Shown: positions 18,369 through 27,936, counted from the first letter of the stretch. The stretch is DNA of 64,000 nucleotides from an uncultured Clostridia bacterium (GCA_944383885.1 CALWRF010000017.1:4441-68440), one strand, 5' to 3'. Notes: generated from the sequence alone by a model not told the origin. Made by a program: numbers and translations.

Positions 18369-20138
18369 ATGGATATTAGAGAATATTTAAAGGACAATGT
18401 GCTTGTTTTTGACGGCGGAATGGGCACGTATTTTGCCGCTAAAAGCCGCACGCCTTTTGAAAGATGTGAAACAGCAAATATTGTAAATCCTAATCAGATT
18501 TACGACATACATACAGAATATATAAACGCTGGCTGCAAAGCCATTAAAACAAATACTTTTGCGGCTAATTTGGATAATTTCGACGGAGATTATGATTATT
18601 TAAAAAAAATAATAGAAAAAGGCTGGCAGATTGCGAACAAAGCCGCCGAAGGCAGGGACGTTTTTGTTTTTGCCGATATTGGACCTGTTCAAAGCTCGGG
18701 AGAAAAAGAAACATCTGAAAAGTACATGGAAACAGCAGATATTTTTATTTCTTTGGGCGCGGAAAACTTCCTTTTTGAAACACTTTATAACGATGAGGGC
18801 ATATACGAAACAGCAAAGCATATTAAAGGACGTGTACCGAATGCCTTTATAATTACATCTTATGCCGTTCAGCCGGACGGGTATACAAAAGACGGCTGTC
18901 TTGGTTATGATATTATAAAAAAATCTGCGCAGTGTGAATATATAGATTTTGTTGGTCTTAACTGTGTTTCAGGTCCGCACCATACAAGGCAGTATTTTAA
19001 AACGCTTAAAAAGATTAAAGCAAATTTCAGCATTATGCCTAATGCCGGTTACCCGACTGTTATAGACAACAGAACGTATTTTGGAAGCAGCCCTTCATAT
19101 TTTGCCGCTAACATAAAGGACATAGTAAAAGAAGGCGCTAAAATTGTAGGCGGCTGCTGCGGCACAACACCGGAATATATAAAGGAAACTGTTCAGGAAC
19201 TTAAAAAAGGGTTTAATGGAACAGAAAACGAAAATCCAGAAAACAGCACAGAAGAAGATGATGAAGAGCCTAAAAAGACAAATCAATTTTATGAAAAGCT
19301 TTTTGGAGGGAAAAAGGTTGTAGCTGTTGAGCTTGACCCTCCTGCCGACGCTGATATTTCAAAATTTGTAAAAGGCGCAAAAATGCTGAAAGACGCCGGA
19401 ATAGACATACTTACAATAGCAGACTGCCCTATAGCGAAGGCAAGAGTTGACAGCAGCATACTTGCCTGCAAAATAAAGAAAGAGCTGGATTTGGACACGC
19501 TTCCGCACATTACATGCCGTGACAGGAATATTAACGCCACAAAAGCGCTTCTTTTGGGTCTTAATATTGAAGGGGTGTATAATGTTCTTATAGTAACAGG
19601 TGACCCTATACCTTCGGCTATGAGGGATGAGGTAAAAAGCGTATTTAACTTTAACTCAAGAATGCTGGCTAAATATATTTCAACATTAAACGAAACTGTT
19701 TTTGAGCAGAAATTTTTAATATGCGGAGCGCTTAATGTTAATGCCCTTAATTTTGATATTCAGCTTAAAATAGCTAAAGAAAAAGAAGAAAACGGGATTA
19801 AGGTTTTTCTTACTCAGCCGGTTATGACTGAAAAAGGTTTTAATAACCTTGTAAGAGCGAAAAAAGAGCTTAAAGGCAAAATACTGGCAGGTATAATGCC
19901 TGTTGTAAGCTACAGAAACGCATGCTTTATGGAAAGTGAAATTTCCGGCATAAATGTAAGTGAAGAGATTATAAATCTGTTTAAAGACAGGAATAAAGAG
20001 GAAAGCGTTGAGCTTGGGATTAAAATAGCAGGTGAAATTATAAAACGTGTCGAGCCTTACTGCGACGGTTTTTATCTTATGACGCCTTTTGGAAGAGCTG
20101 AAATAATTTGCAGAATAATAGAAAACATGAATAAATAA
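18369..20138 (+). CDS. Bifunctional homocysteine S-methyltransferase / 5,10-methylenetetrahydrofolate reductase (YitJ-like fusion)
   Basis: 589 aa. The N-terminal Hcy-binding domain (FDGGMGTY, GGCCGTTPEYI) is fused to a C-terminal MTHFR-like barrel (VELDPP...HITCRDRN...LIVTGDP). Confidence 0.85.
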   Translation: MDIREYLKDNVLVFDGGMGTYFAAKSRTPFERCETANIVNPNQIYDIHTEYINAGCKAIKTNTFAANLDNFDGDYDYLKKIIEKGWQIANKAAEGRDVFVFADIGPVQSSGEKETSEKYMETADIFISLGAENFLFETLYNDEGIYETAKHIKGRVPNAFIITSYAVQPDGYTKDGCLGYDIIKKSAQCEYIDFVGLNCVSGPHHTRQYFKTLKKIKANFSIMPNAGYPTVIDNRTYFGSSPSYFAANIKDIVKEGAKIVGGCCGTTPEYIKETVQELKKGFNGTENENPENSTEEDDEEPKKTNQFYEKLFGGKKVVAVELDPPADADISKFVKGAKMLKDAGIDILTIADCPIAKARVDSSILACKIKKELDLDTLPHITCRDRNINATKALLLGLNIEGVYNVLIVTGDPIPSAMRDEVKSVFNFNSRMLAKYISTLNETVFEQKFLICGALNVNALNFDIQLKIAKEKEENGIKVFLTQPVMTEKGFNNLVRAKKELKGKILAGIMPVVSYRNACFMESEISGINVSEEIINLFKDRNKEESVELGIKIAGEIIKRVEPYCDGFYLMTPFGRAEIICRIIENMNK

Positions 20139-20151
20139 AAATTAATAACAC

Positions 20152-20186
20152 AAAGGCACGGAATACTAATGTGTTCCGTGCTTTTA
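20152..20186. terminator. Bidirectional intrinsic terminator between the met operon and the convergent GNAT gene
   Basis: GCACGGAA (20156-20163) pairs with TTCCGTGC (20174-20181). AAA lies upstream and TTTT downstream. Confidence 0.7.
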
Positions 20187-20197
20187 AATTTAATGCG

Positions 20198-20635
20198 TTA
20201 TTTATCTTTTTTAAACTGTATATATTCAAAAGGCTCAAAACCGAGTCTTTTGTATAGCGCAATAGCTCTTGTGTTGTCTGGTTCTGTTTCAAGGCGGAAA
20301 CGTGAAGCGGTTTTATATTTTTCTGTTATAAAGCCGAAAAACTCAGCTCCAAGACCGTGGCTCCTGTACTCAGGCTTAATATAGAGTTCTTCAATCCATA
20401 CAACAATGCCGCCGGATTCCTGAGAAAAAGTTTTGGCAAGAAGTCCAAAGCCAGCTGTTTTGCCTTCATGCTCAATAAAATATCCGTCTACGTACCTGTC
20501 GGAAGACATCATTTCGTTAAAGGTAGCTTCGATATTTTCAATCCCGACCGGCGCAATAACAGCACTTGAATGATAGAAATCTGTTGCCATTTTTAAATAC
20601 TCGTTTTTGTCTTTTGGTTCGATTTTTCGTATCAT
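20198..20635 (-). CDS. GNAT family N-acetyltransferase
   Basis: 145 aa. IKPEYRSHGLGAEFF...ALYKRLGFE is the acetyl-CoA binding motif A region of GNAT enzymes. Confidence 0.8.
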   Translation of the reverse strand: MIRKIEPKDKNEYLKMATDFYHSSAVIAPVGIENIEATFNEMMSSDRYVDGYFIEHEGKTAGFGLLAKTFSQESGGIVVWIEELYIKPEYRSHGLGAEFFGFITEKYKTASRFRLETEPDNTRAIALYKRLGFEPFEYIQFKKDK

Positions 20636-20803
20636 AATTAAACCTCCGATAAAGTAGTATTGGATTAATTATACAGTATTAAACATACTCTTTCAATAGC
20701 AGATGAATTAACATTTAGTAAGAGTTTATTGTATGCCTTTTTCTTGTACTTTCAGCGCAATTAAAGTATAATGTAAAAAGAATTTTTTACAGAGGTGTTT
20801 TTA

Positions 20804-21439
20804 ATGGATAGCCAGCTTGAAAAACTAAAAGGCTGCGGCAGCTTTGCTATACTTGGCGGTACATTTGACCCGGTGCATAAGGGGCATATAGAAATAGCTA
20901 AATCTGTGCTTAAACAGACAGGCGCTGAAAAGATACTTTTTATTCCGTCGGGAAATCCGCCGCACAAAGATGAAAGACATGTAACAGACAAATTCCACAG
21001 ACTTAACATGCTCAATATGGCAGTAGAGGGTGAGAAAGACTTTGTTGTATCTACTATTGAAATAGAGAGAGAAGGCAAAACATATACTATAGACACTATA
21101 CGTGAGCTTAGGGATATATTTGGTAATGATGTTAAGTTCTTTTTTATAATGGGGGCAGACGCGCTTCATTATATTTATATGTGGAAGGATTTTAAAGAGC
21201 TTTTAAATATATGCTCTTTTGCCGCCGTTACAAGACCAGGCTGCATGGCGGCAGAGCTTGAAAGAGATGTTGATGTGCTTACTGGTAAGTATGGCGGGGA
21301 TATTCATATTATAGAGATACCGCCTGTTAATGTATCATCATCAGAGATACGGGATAATATAAGAAGTGATATTTCAATTAAAAACATGGTAAACAGCAAT
21401 GTTTATGACTATATAATTAAAAACGGACTTTATAAATGA
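20804..21439 (+). CDS. nadD: Nicotinate-nucleotide adenylyltransferase
   Basis: GGTFDPVHKGH (the HxGH motif) and SSSEIR (ISSTxxR-like) are present. The start was set to the ATG at 20804, preceded by AGAGGTG. Confidence 0.92.
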   Translation: MDSQLEKLKGCGSFAILGGTFDPVHKGHIEIAKSVLKQTGAEKILFIPSGNPPHKDERHVTDKFHRLNMLNMAVEGEKDFVVSTIEIEREGKTYTIDTIRELRDIFGNDVKFFFIMGADALHYIYMWKDFKELLNICSFAAVTRPGCMAAELERDVDVLTGKYGGDIHIIEIPPVNVSSSEIRDNIRSDISIKNMVNSNVYDYIIKNGLYK

Positions 21440-21472
21440 ATTATAATTTATGATTGCAGGGAGATTTTTAAA

Positions 21473-22048
21473 TTGCTTAGTTTTTTAACATCGGAAAGAA
21501 AGCTTCAGTCGTCTTTATCTTTAGAAAGATATATACATACAATGGGTGTTGTTAAAGAAGCAAAAAAACTTGCTCAAAGATATAACGCAGATATAGAAAA
21601 AGCGTCTTACGCCGCGCTTTTGCATGATTGCGCAAAGGATTACCCAAAAGAGATGAAACTGCGTTTCTGTAAAGAGTACCATATTCCGGTAGATGATGTT
21701 ATGGCGAAGAATATAGACCTTATTCACCAGTTTTTAGGCGCTGAGGTTGCTAAAAGGGAGTATTTGGTTGAAGATGAGGAAATACTTAACGCCATAAAAT
21801 ATCATACAACAGGCAGACCGGGTATGACGCTGCTTGAGAAAATAGTTTTTATAGCTGACTATATAGAAGAAGGGCGCAAAAAGTTTGATACTCTTGATGA
21901 AGCCAGAAAACTTGCTTATGAAGATATAAATAAAGCTATGGCTTTTATACTTAAAAACACCATTGAATATGTTAAAGAAAGGAATAAGCCTTTGCATCCG
22001 TTAAGCGTACAGGCTTTTGAATATTATAAGAAATATCTGGAGGAGTAA
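21473..22048 (+). CDS. yqeK: HD-domain bis(5'-nucleosyl)-tetraphosphatase YqeK
   Basis: 191 aa with RYIHTMGV...LLHDCAKD...YHTTGR motifs. It keeps the conserved position between nadD and rsfS. Confidence 0.85.
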   Translation: MLSFLTSERKLQSSLSLERYIHTMGVVKEAKKLAQRYNADIEKASYAALLHDCAKDYPKEMKLRFCKEYHIPVDDVMAKNIDLIHQFLGAEVAKREYLVEDEEILNAIKYHTTGRPGMTLLEKIVFIADYIEEGRKKFDTLDEARKLAYEDINKAMAFILKNTIEYVKERNKPLHPLSVQAFEYYKKYLEE

Positions 22049-22049
22049 T

Positions 22050-22385
22050 ATGGATTATATTAATGCCGGAAAAATTGCCAAAGAGGCGTTGGAAGATAAA
22101 AAAGCAGAAAATATAAGAGTACTTGATTTAAGAAATTTAAGCTCAGTTGCGGAATGTTTTGTTATAGCAAGCGGAAACAACATAAACCAGCTTAAAGCTA
22201 TGGCTGATAATGTTGAAGAAAAGCTGTATTTAAACGGAATCAGGCTGCATCATACAGAAGGCTACCAAAGCGGCTCATGGGTCCTTCTTGATTTTAACGG
22301 TCTTGTAGTACACTTGTTTTTAAAAGACCAAAGGGAGTTTTATGATTTAGACAGGGTCTGGGCTGACGCAGCTGATATAGTATAA
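22050..22385 (+). CDS. rsfS: Ribosome silencing factor RsfS
   Basis: The ATG at 22050 is preceded by GGAGGAG. AENIRVLDL...ECFVIASGNN...WVLLDFNGLVVHLF...FYDLDRVW is the RsfS/Iojap signature. The track's upstream extension overlaps yqeK. Confidence 0.9.
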   Translation: MDYINAGKIAKEALEDKKAENIRVLDLRNLSSVAECFVIASGNNINQLKAMADNVEEKLYLNGIRLHHTEGYQSGSWVLLDFNGLVVHLFLKDQREFYDLDRVWADAADIV

Positions 22386-22386
22386 T

Positions 22387-22414
22387 TAAAAAAGCGTGCC
22401 TTTTTAGGCACGCA
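22387..22414 (-). terminator. Intrinsic terminator of the S1-domain gene (hairpin also closes rsfS)
   Basis: GCGTGCC (22394-22400) pairs with GGCACGC (22407-22413). The T-run follows the hairpin on the minus strand. Confidence 0.65.
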
Positions 22415-22436
22415 TATTTATGTTATAATGGCAGGC

Positions 22437-22886
22437 TTACTGTCTTTTGTTGGCGCGTTTATTAAGTCCAGCCTGTTTTTCGTTAGACTGTTTAAGGAAT
22501 TCCTTCATTTTTTCCTCAAAGTCTGAAAGCGGATTTGGTGTGGACTGACCATGTATCTCGCGGTTTTTATTTTCGTAATTTGGTCTTGAGTCACGCTGCT
22601 TATAGTTATTCTGGCGCTGAGGTGTTTCAGGCTTTGGAAGGGCTGCACGGATTGAAAGAGAAATTCTTTTTGTCTGTTCATCTATTGAAAGAACTTTAAC
22701 CTTTACTACATCGTTAACTTTAAGATGGTCGTTAATATCCTTTACATAAGAATTAGATATCTCTGAAATATGAACAAGACCCTGCCTTCCGTCGCTTAAA
22801 GATACAATGGCACCGAAATCCTTTATGCGCACTACTTTGCCTTCTACAATGCTACCAACAGTTATTTGCTCTAATTGCTCTGACAT
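22437..22886 (-). CDS. S1 RNA-binding domain protein (YabR/GSP13-like) with a basic low-complexity tail
   Basis: 149 aa. GSIVEGKVVRIKDFGAIVSL...GLVHISEIS...V..D.VKVKVLSID is a canonical S1 fold sequence. Confidence 0.8.
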   Translation of the reverse strand: MSEQLEQITVGSIVEGKVVRIKDFGAIVSLSDGRQGLVHISEISNSYVKDINDHLKVNDVVKVKVLSIDEQTKRISLSIRAALPKPETPQRQNNYKQRDSRPNYENKNREIHGQSTPNPLSDFEEKMKEFLKQSNEKQAGLNKRANKRQ

Positions 22887-23012
22887 TAATTGCTACACTC
22901 CTAATTAAAAATTTTAATACAAAGAAAATTATAGCATAACAAAAATTAAAATACAATAAAATTAAGGTTTAATTACTCGCCGTAATATTAAATTTAAGAA
23001 AGGAATTTTATA

Positions 23013-24392
23013 ATGCCTAAAAAAAACGACATAATAGAAGTTAAAATAAATTCCCTTGATTTTCCGAATAAAGGCAAGGGGCAGTTTGAAAATTACAGTG
23101 TTATTGTAAAAGACACTTTGCCGGGGCAGACTGTATTGGCTAAAGTCGGCAAAAAGAAAAACGGCATGATTGAGGCAAGGCTTAATGAAGTAATACAGAA
23201 AGCGGATTACGAGATTGAAAGCAAGTGTCCGCATTTTGAAATTTGCGGCGGCTGTTCTTATCAGAATATACCTGTTGAAAATGAGAATAAAATTAAAGAA
23301 ACCCAGGTTTTAAAGCTTCTTGAAAATGCCGGCATAAACGGTTTTGAGTATGAAGGTCTTGTTACTGCCCCATGTATTGAAGGATATAGGAATAAGTGCG
23401 AGTTTTCATTTGGAGATACTCAAAAAGGCGGAGAGCTTGCTCTTGGCATGAGAAAAAGGCACAGTTATTATGAGGTTGTAAACCTTACAGACTGTAATAT
23501 TATAGACAGCGACTATTTGTGTATTATAAAAAATACTGTAGAATTTTTCAGAAAAAGAAATGTTTCGTTTTACCATAAAGCCCGTCACGACGGATGTTTA
23601 AGGCATTTAGTAATAAGAAAAGGCGCTTATACTGGTGAGATACTTATTAACTTAATTACTGCCAATGATTTGGAGTTTGATTTAAACAGTTTTAAGGACA
23701 TGCTTTTAAGCCTTAGTTTGCAGGGAAGGATTTGTTCCATACTTCACACACAAAACGATTCTGTTGCTGATGTTGTTAAGAGCGATAAAACAACTGTAAT
23801 TTACGGACAGGATTATTTTACAGACAGGCTTTTTGAACTGGAGTTTAAAATAACAGCTTTTTCTTTTTTCCAAACAAATACTAAAGGCGCTGAAACTTTG
23901 TATTCAATAGTTAAGGAGTATGCCGGAGAGGCAAAGGATAAAACAGTATTTGACCTTTACTGCGGAACAGGAACAATAGGTCAGATAATGGCAGAAAAAA
24001 GCCGTAATGTTATAGGAATTGAACTTGTAGAAGAAGCTGTTGAGGCTGCTAATGAAAATGCGAAAAGAAACGGGATAAATAACTGTGAATTTATTGCCGG
24101 TGATGTTCTTAAAAAAGTAGACGAGCTTAGTGAAAAGCCTGATATTATTATTGTAGACCCACCAAGAGAAGGCATCCACCCTAAGGCAATAGAAAAAATA
24201 ATTAATTTCGGCGCTGAAAGAATAGTTTATGTTTCCTGCAAGCCTTCATCACTTGCAAGGGATTTGGCTGTTTTTGAGGAAAAAGGATATAAAACAGTTA
24301 AAGTAAAATTATGCAACCAGTTTGCGAGGACAGTGCATATAGAAACAGTTGCGCTTTTGGAATGCTGTCATGATGTTAAAACAGTTGATTAA
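23013..24392 (+). CDS. rlmD: 23S rRNA (uracil-C5)-methyltransferase, RumA/RlmD family
   Basis: 459 aa. It has an N-terminal TRAM domain, a 4Fe-4S cysteine cluster (CPHFEICGGCSYQ...C), the SAM motif DLYCGTGTIG, and DPPREG and YVSCKPSS motifs. Confidence 0.88.
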   Translation: MPKKNDIIEVKINSLDFPNKGKGQFENYSVIVKDTLPGQTVLAKVGKKKNGMIEARLNEVIQKADYEIESKCPHFEICGGCSYQNIPVENENKIKETQVLKLLENAGINGFEYEGLVTAPCIEGYRNKCEFSFGDTQKGGELALGMRKRHSYYEVVNLTDCNIIDSDYLCIIKNTVEFFRKRNVSFYHKARHDGCLRHLVIRKGAYTGEILINLITANDLEFDLNSFKDMLLSLSLQGRICSILHTQNDSVADVVKSDKTTVIYGQDYFTDRLFELEFKITAFSFFQTNTKGAETLYSIVKEYAGEAKDKTVFDLYCGTGTIGQIMAEKSRNVIGIELVEEAVEAANENAKRNGINNCEFIAGDVLKKVDELSEKPDIIIVDPPREGIHPKAIEKIINFGAERIVYVSCKPSSLARDLAVFEEKGYKTVKVKLCNQFARTVHIETVALLECCHDVKTVD

Positions 24393-24515
24393 TTTAATTA
24401 CACATAACATAAAATTATCTGAAGAAAAAATAGTTATATACAGCAAATTAAAAGAGTTTTAAAAAAGCTTATATTAAGAAGATAGTTCAAAAATTATTTA
24501 AAAGTGGTTATTTTT

Positions 24516-24932
24516 ATGCCGGCAGAAGATTATATTAATGAATTTTTATGCTCGGCAGTAGCTGAGTATTCAAGCGTTTATGGCAAGTTAACACAAAATG
24601 CAGTAAATAAAATAACTTCAAAACTGCCGACAAAGTCTGTAAAGGCAGTGTTTGATAAAATAACATATTATCAGGCTGTAGAGGCTGTTAATGAAGTCGG
24701 CTGTATTCTTGATAAGGATGATGAGAAGCAGGAATGTGTTGCTGTTGTAAATTCAGGGATATTGAATATGAACATTGCCTTTGTTGTTTTAAAGTCAGAA
24801 TATGACAAAACGTATGTTGCGGCGTTTGCAAAAGAAGGCATTATTAATCAGCATACAGCTCAGAAAGCTGTTGACAGTATTTTTAGCGCCATAAGTGATA
24901 ATAATCAGCATGCCAAGGAAGAGTGTAATTGA
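24516..24932 (+). CDS. Hypothetical protein, about 138 aa
   Basis: An open frame with the ATG at 24516 (the track begins at a GTG at 24504). There is no convincing SD and no recognised motif. Confidence 0.45.
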   Translation: MPAEDYINEFLCSAVAEYSSVYGKLTQNAVNKITSKLPTKSVKAVFDKITYYQAVEAVNEVGCILDKDDEKQECVAVVNSGILNMNIAFVVLKSEYDKTYVAAFAKEGIINQHTAQKAVDSIFSAISDNNQHAKEECN

Positions 24933-25063
24933 TAGCGTATGTTTATTTAAGCCTAAAAAATAATTTTTTAATAAAAAAGTACTATTATTTGGCAGGCTAA
25001 TGGTTTATTATATAAATTATTATTTTAAATAATAATTCTGTACTTTACAAAGTGGGTGGCTAT

Positions 25064-26108
25064 ATGGATATTAACAGCGGAGAAAAACCGAGTGAATATA
25101 AAATTATAGAACTTGCAAAATATATAATCCATAAACAATATTGTAAGAAAGATGTGCAGAGCGTTATATCCAAAATGGATAAAGATATTATTTGGAATGG
25201 TCCGGAAGAAGACAATTACGCATCTGGAATAAAGGAAGTTGAAGAATTTTTAAATAAATACAATGAAAATGCGCCTGCATACAATATTTCAGATGAAGAA
25301 TATAATACAACACAAATTTCAAATGGCATATATCTGTGCAGCGGACGCATGCGTATTGAAACATATAATGGAGCAGATGTAGTTTCTCTTTTTTACCAAA
25401 AGGTTGTTTTAATTTTCAGATGGTATTATAATTGTTTGAAATGCTGTTATATTAACTTTTCTAATGTTTATAAAAATATTGGGGGGGGGCAGAGATATAG
25501 AGTTTCCAATTAAAATTTCTTATAACGACTACATTTATTTAACCAAAAAAGTTAAAGAACAGCAGGAAAAGATTGAAGAGCTCAAAAAAACAATTGAAAT
25601 ACAGGAAAATAAAATTAAAGAACAATCACGTCTGCTTCAAAATTTGACTTATACGGACAGTTTGACAGGGCTAAACAACAGAAATAAACTGGACCTTATT
25701 CAAAAAAGCGACTTTAACGAAAGAGTGTTTGTTTTAGGCATAGCATTTTTTGATTTAAACGGTCTTAAACGTGTAAATGATATTTTAGGTCATAGTGCCG
25801 GAGATGATTATCTGTGCCATACAGCTGAAGAAATAAGCAGGGTTTTTCCGGGAAAAGCTTACCGCATAGGCGGAGATGAATTTTTAGCAATAGAAACTGA
25901 AATGAATGAAGAAGAATTTAAGTCAGCTGTTTTGCTTGTAGAAAAAGGCATGAAGGAAAACAGCATAAGCTGCGCAGTAGGAATTTCATGGCGAGATAAG
26001 AACTGCAGCATAGAAGAACAGGTTAAGGAAGCTGATTTTGATATGTATAAAAATAAAAGGCAGTTTTACAGCTCAGCAAATACTGATAAACGAAGCCTTA
26101 TTGATTAA
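25064..26108 (+). pseudogene. NTF2-like (SnoaL/DUF4440-type) sensor domain, coiled coil and GGDEF diguanylate cyclase, frameshifted at a G9 tract
   Basis: Two overlapping ORFs (25052-25513 and 25464-26108) change frame exactly at GGGGGGGGG (25481-25489). Deleting one G fuses ...NVYKNIGGG to RDIEFPIK... and gives one protein of about 347 aa. The C-terminal part has LTGLNNRN and RIGGDEF motifs. Confidence 0.75.
25481..25489. repeat. G9 homopolymer inside a coding sequence
   Basis: Read directly: ...aatatt ggggggggg cagag... Confidence 0.95.
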
Positions 26109-26285
26109 TGCCATTTTTCATATACGGCTTATAAAGCTTAATTATGTTGCGCAATATTAATAGTTTTTACGTTACGCTTTTTTATAAAAGCGCTGGTTAA
26201 GAACCTGAAATCAATAAGCGTAATTAAAATATTGGCGCGGAGAATAAAACAATTGTTTTAAAACCTAAATTAAATATTTTAAATT

Positions 26286-26315
26286 TCGGCAGAGGGTTAT
26301 CTCTGCCATTTTTTG
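26286..26315 (+). terminator. Intrinsic terminator about 180 nt downstream of the GGDEF gene
   Basis: GGCAGAG (26288-26294) pairs with CTCTGCC (26301-26307), followed by A and T6. Confidence 0.75.
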
Positions 26316-26383
26316 ATGTTTTCCTTTTAATTTAGATAAAACAGATATATAATTTTATAAAAATATAAGAAGAGAGGTTTAAT

Positions 26384-27748
26384 ATGGAAATTTTACTTAT
26401 TGCTGTAATTGTGCTGCTTTTAATAGAGCCGTTTATAATTAAGTCGTTTATAAAAAAATCATCTGATAACGATAGCCTAAATAATGAAATTAAATCTGTT
26501 AAAGCTGATGTTGAAAACAGCAACAGCATTTTAAGGAAAGAGCTGGGTGAAAGTGTTAATGGTTCAATTAAAACACTGGGCGGGATTTTAAGCGAAAATC
26601 AAAAAGACTATGCCGACACACAGCTTACAAACATTAAATTAAATGGTGAAAATATATTAAGGCAGATGAAAGGCATTCATGACGCTATGGCTTCTCAAAT
26701 GCGCCAGATGAACAGTACAATTGAGGAAAGACTTAAAACAACAGCTGTTGAAAATGAAAATAAACTGGAAAGCATAAGAAAAACTGTTGAACAAAAGCTT
26801 ACATATATTCAGGAGGACAACAACAAAAAGCTTGACGAAATGCGTAATGTTGTTGATGAAAAATTACAGAAAACCCTTGAGGAAAGAATTTCAAAGTCGT
26901 TTGAACTTGTAAACACACAGCTTGAACAGGTTTACAAAGGTCTTGGTGAAATGCGTTCCCTTGCAACTGGTGTGGGAGATTTGAAAAAAGTGCTTTCAAA
27001 CGTAAAAACAAGGGGCATACTGGGTGAAATACAGCTGGGCGCTATATTGGAAGAAATAATGTCCCCGGAACAGTATGAAGTAAATGTTGTAACCAAAAAA
27101 GGCAGCAAAAATCCGGTGGAATACGCAATTAAACTGCCTTCTGACGACGGCAAATGCGTTTACCTGCCTATTGATTCCAAATTTCCTTCAGACGCTTATA
27201 TTAATTTGACAGACGCTTATGAAACAGGCGATAAAAGTCAGATAAACGAAGCCGCTAAACTTCTTACATTAAGGATTAAATCTTTTGCCAAAGATATAAG
27301 CGAAAAATACATAGACCCGCCGTACACAACTGATTTTGCAATAATGTTCCTGCCGTTTGAGGGTCTGTACGCAGAAGTTGTTAAAATGGGTCTTGTTGAG
27401 GATTTGCAGAGAATGTATAAAATTAATATTGCCGGACCGAGCACAATGGCAGCGCTTCTTAACAGTCTTCAAATGGGATTTAGAACATTTGCAATACAAA
27501 AGCGCAGCAGTGAGGTTTGGGAAGTTTTAGGAGCTGTTAAAACTGAGTTCAATAAATTCGGTGATGTTCTTGAAAAGACTCAAAAACGCCTTGAAGAAGC
27601 AAACAGTGAGCTTGACAAGCTTGTAGGCGTTAGGACAAGACAGATACAGCGCAAGCTTAAAAGCGTTGAAAGTTTGAGCAGTGACATGTCAGATAAAATG
27701 TTTATTGATGTAAGCAAAGATATAATATCAGACGAGGAAAAAGAATAA
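26384..27748 (+). CDS. rmuC: DNA recombination protein RmuC
   Basis: 454 aa. It has an N-terminal TM helix, a long coiled coil and a C-terminal RmuC nuclease-like domain (VEYAIKLPS...YLPIDSKFP...MFLPFEGLYAE). Confidence 0.88.
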   Translation: MEILLIAVIVLLLIEPFIIKSFIKKSSDNDSLNNEIKSVKADVENSNSILRKELGESVNGSIKTLGGILSENQKDYADTQLTNIKLNGENILRQMKGIHDAMASQMRQMNSTIEERLKTTAVENENKLESIRKTVEQKLTYIQEDNNKKLDEMRNVVDEKLQKTLEERISKSFELVNTQLEQVYKGLGEMRSLATGVGDLKKVLSNVKTRGILGEIQLGAILEEIMSPEQYEVNVVTKKGSKNPVEYAIKLPSDDGKCVYLPIDSKFPSDAYINLTDAYETGDKSQINEAAKLLTLRIKSFAKDISEKYIDPPYTTDFAIMFLPFEGLYAEVVKMGLVEDLQRMYKINIAGPSTMAALLNSLQMGFRTFAIQKRSSEVWEVLGAVKTEFNKFGDVLEKTQKRLEEANSELDKLVGVRTRQIQRKLKSVESLSSDMSDKMFIDVSKDIISDEEKE

Positions 27749-27764
27749 CAAGTAAATTATTTTA

Positions 27765-27795
27765 AGGCGCGGATAAATTTTATCGGCGCTTTTTG
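27765..27795 (+). terminator. Intrinsic terminator of rmuC
   Basis: GGCGCGGATA (27766-27775) pairs with TATCGGCGCT (27781-27790) with one mismatch, followed by T5. Confidence 0.6.
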
Positions 27796-27850
27796 TATTG
27801 GTTAATAATGAAAAATATTTTAATATTATATTACAAAGAGGAGTAATAAA

Positions 27851-27879
27851 TTGACATACATAGAAAATCAAGGTATAAT
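27851..27879 (+). promoter_or_regulatory. SigA-type promoter of the padR operon
   Basis: TTGACA (27851-27856), a 17 nt spacer, then TATAAT (27874-27879). Confidence 0.6.
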
Positions 27880-27936
27880 TATTATACATAGAATATCTAA
27901 GTAAGTACATATAAAACTTTAAAAGGGGGCGTTTTT

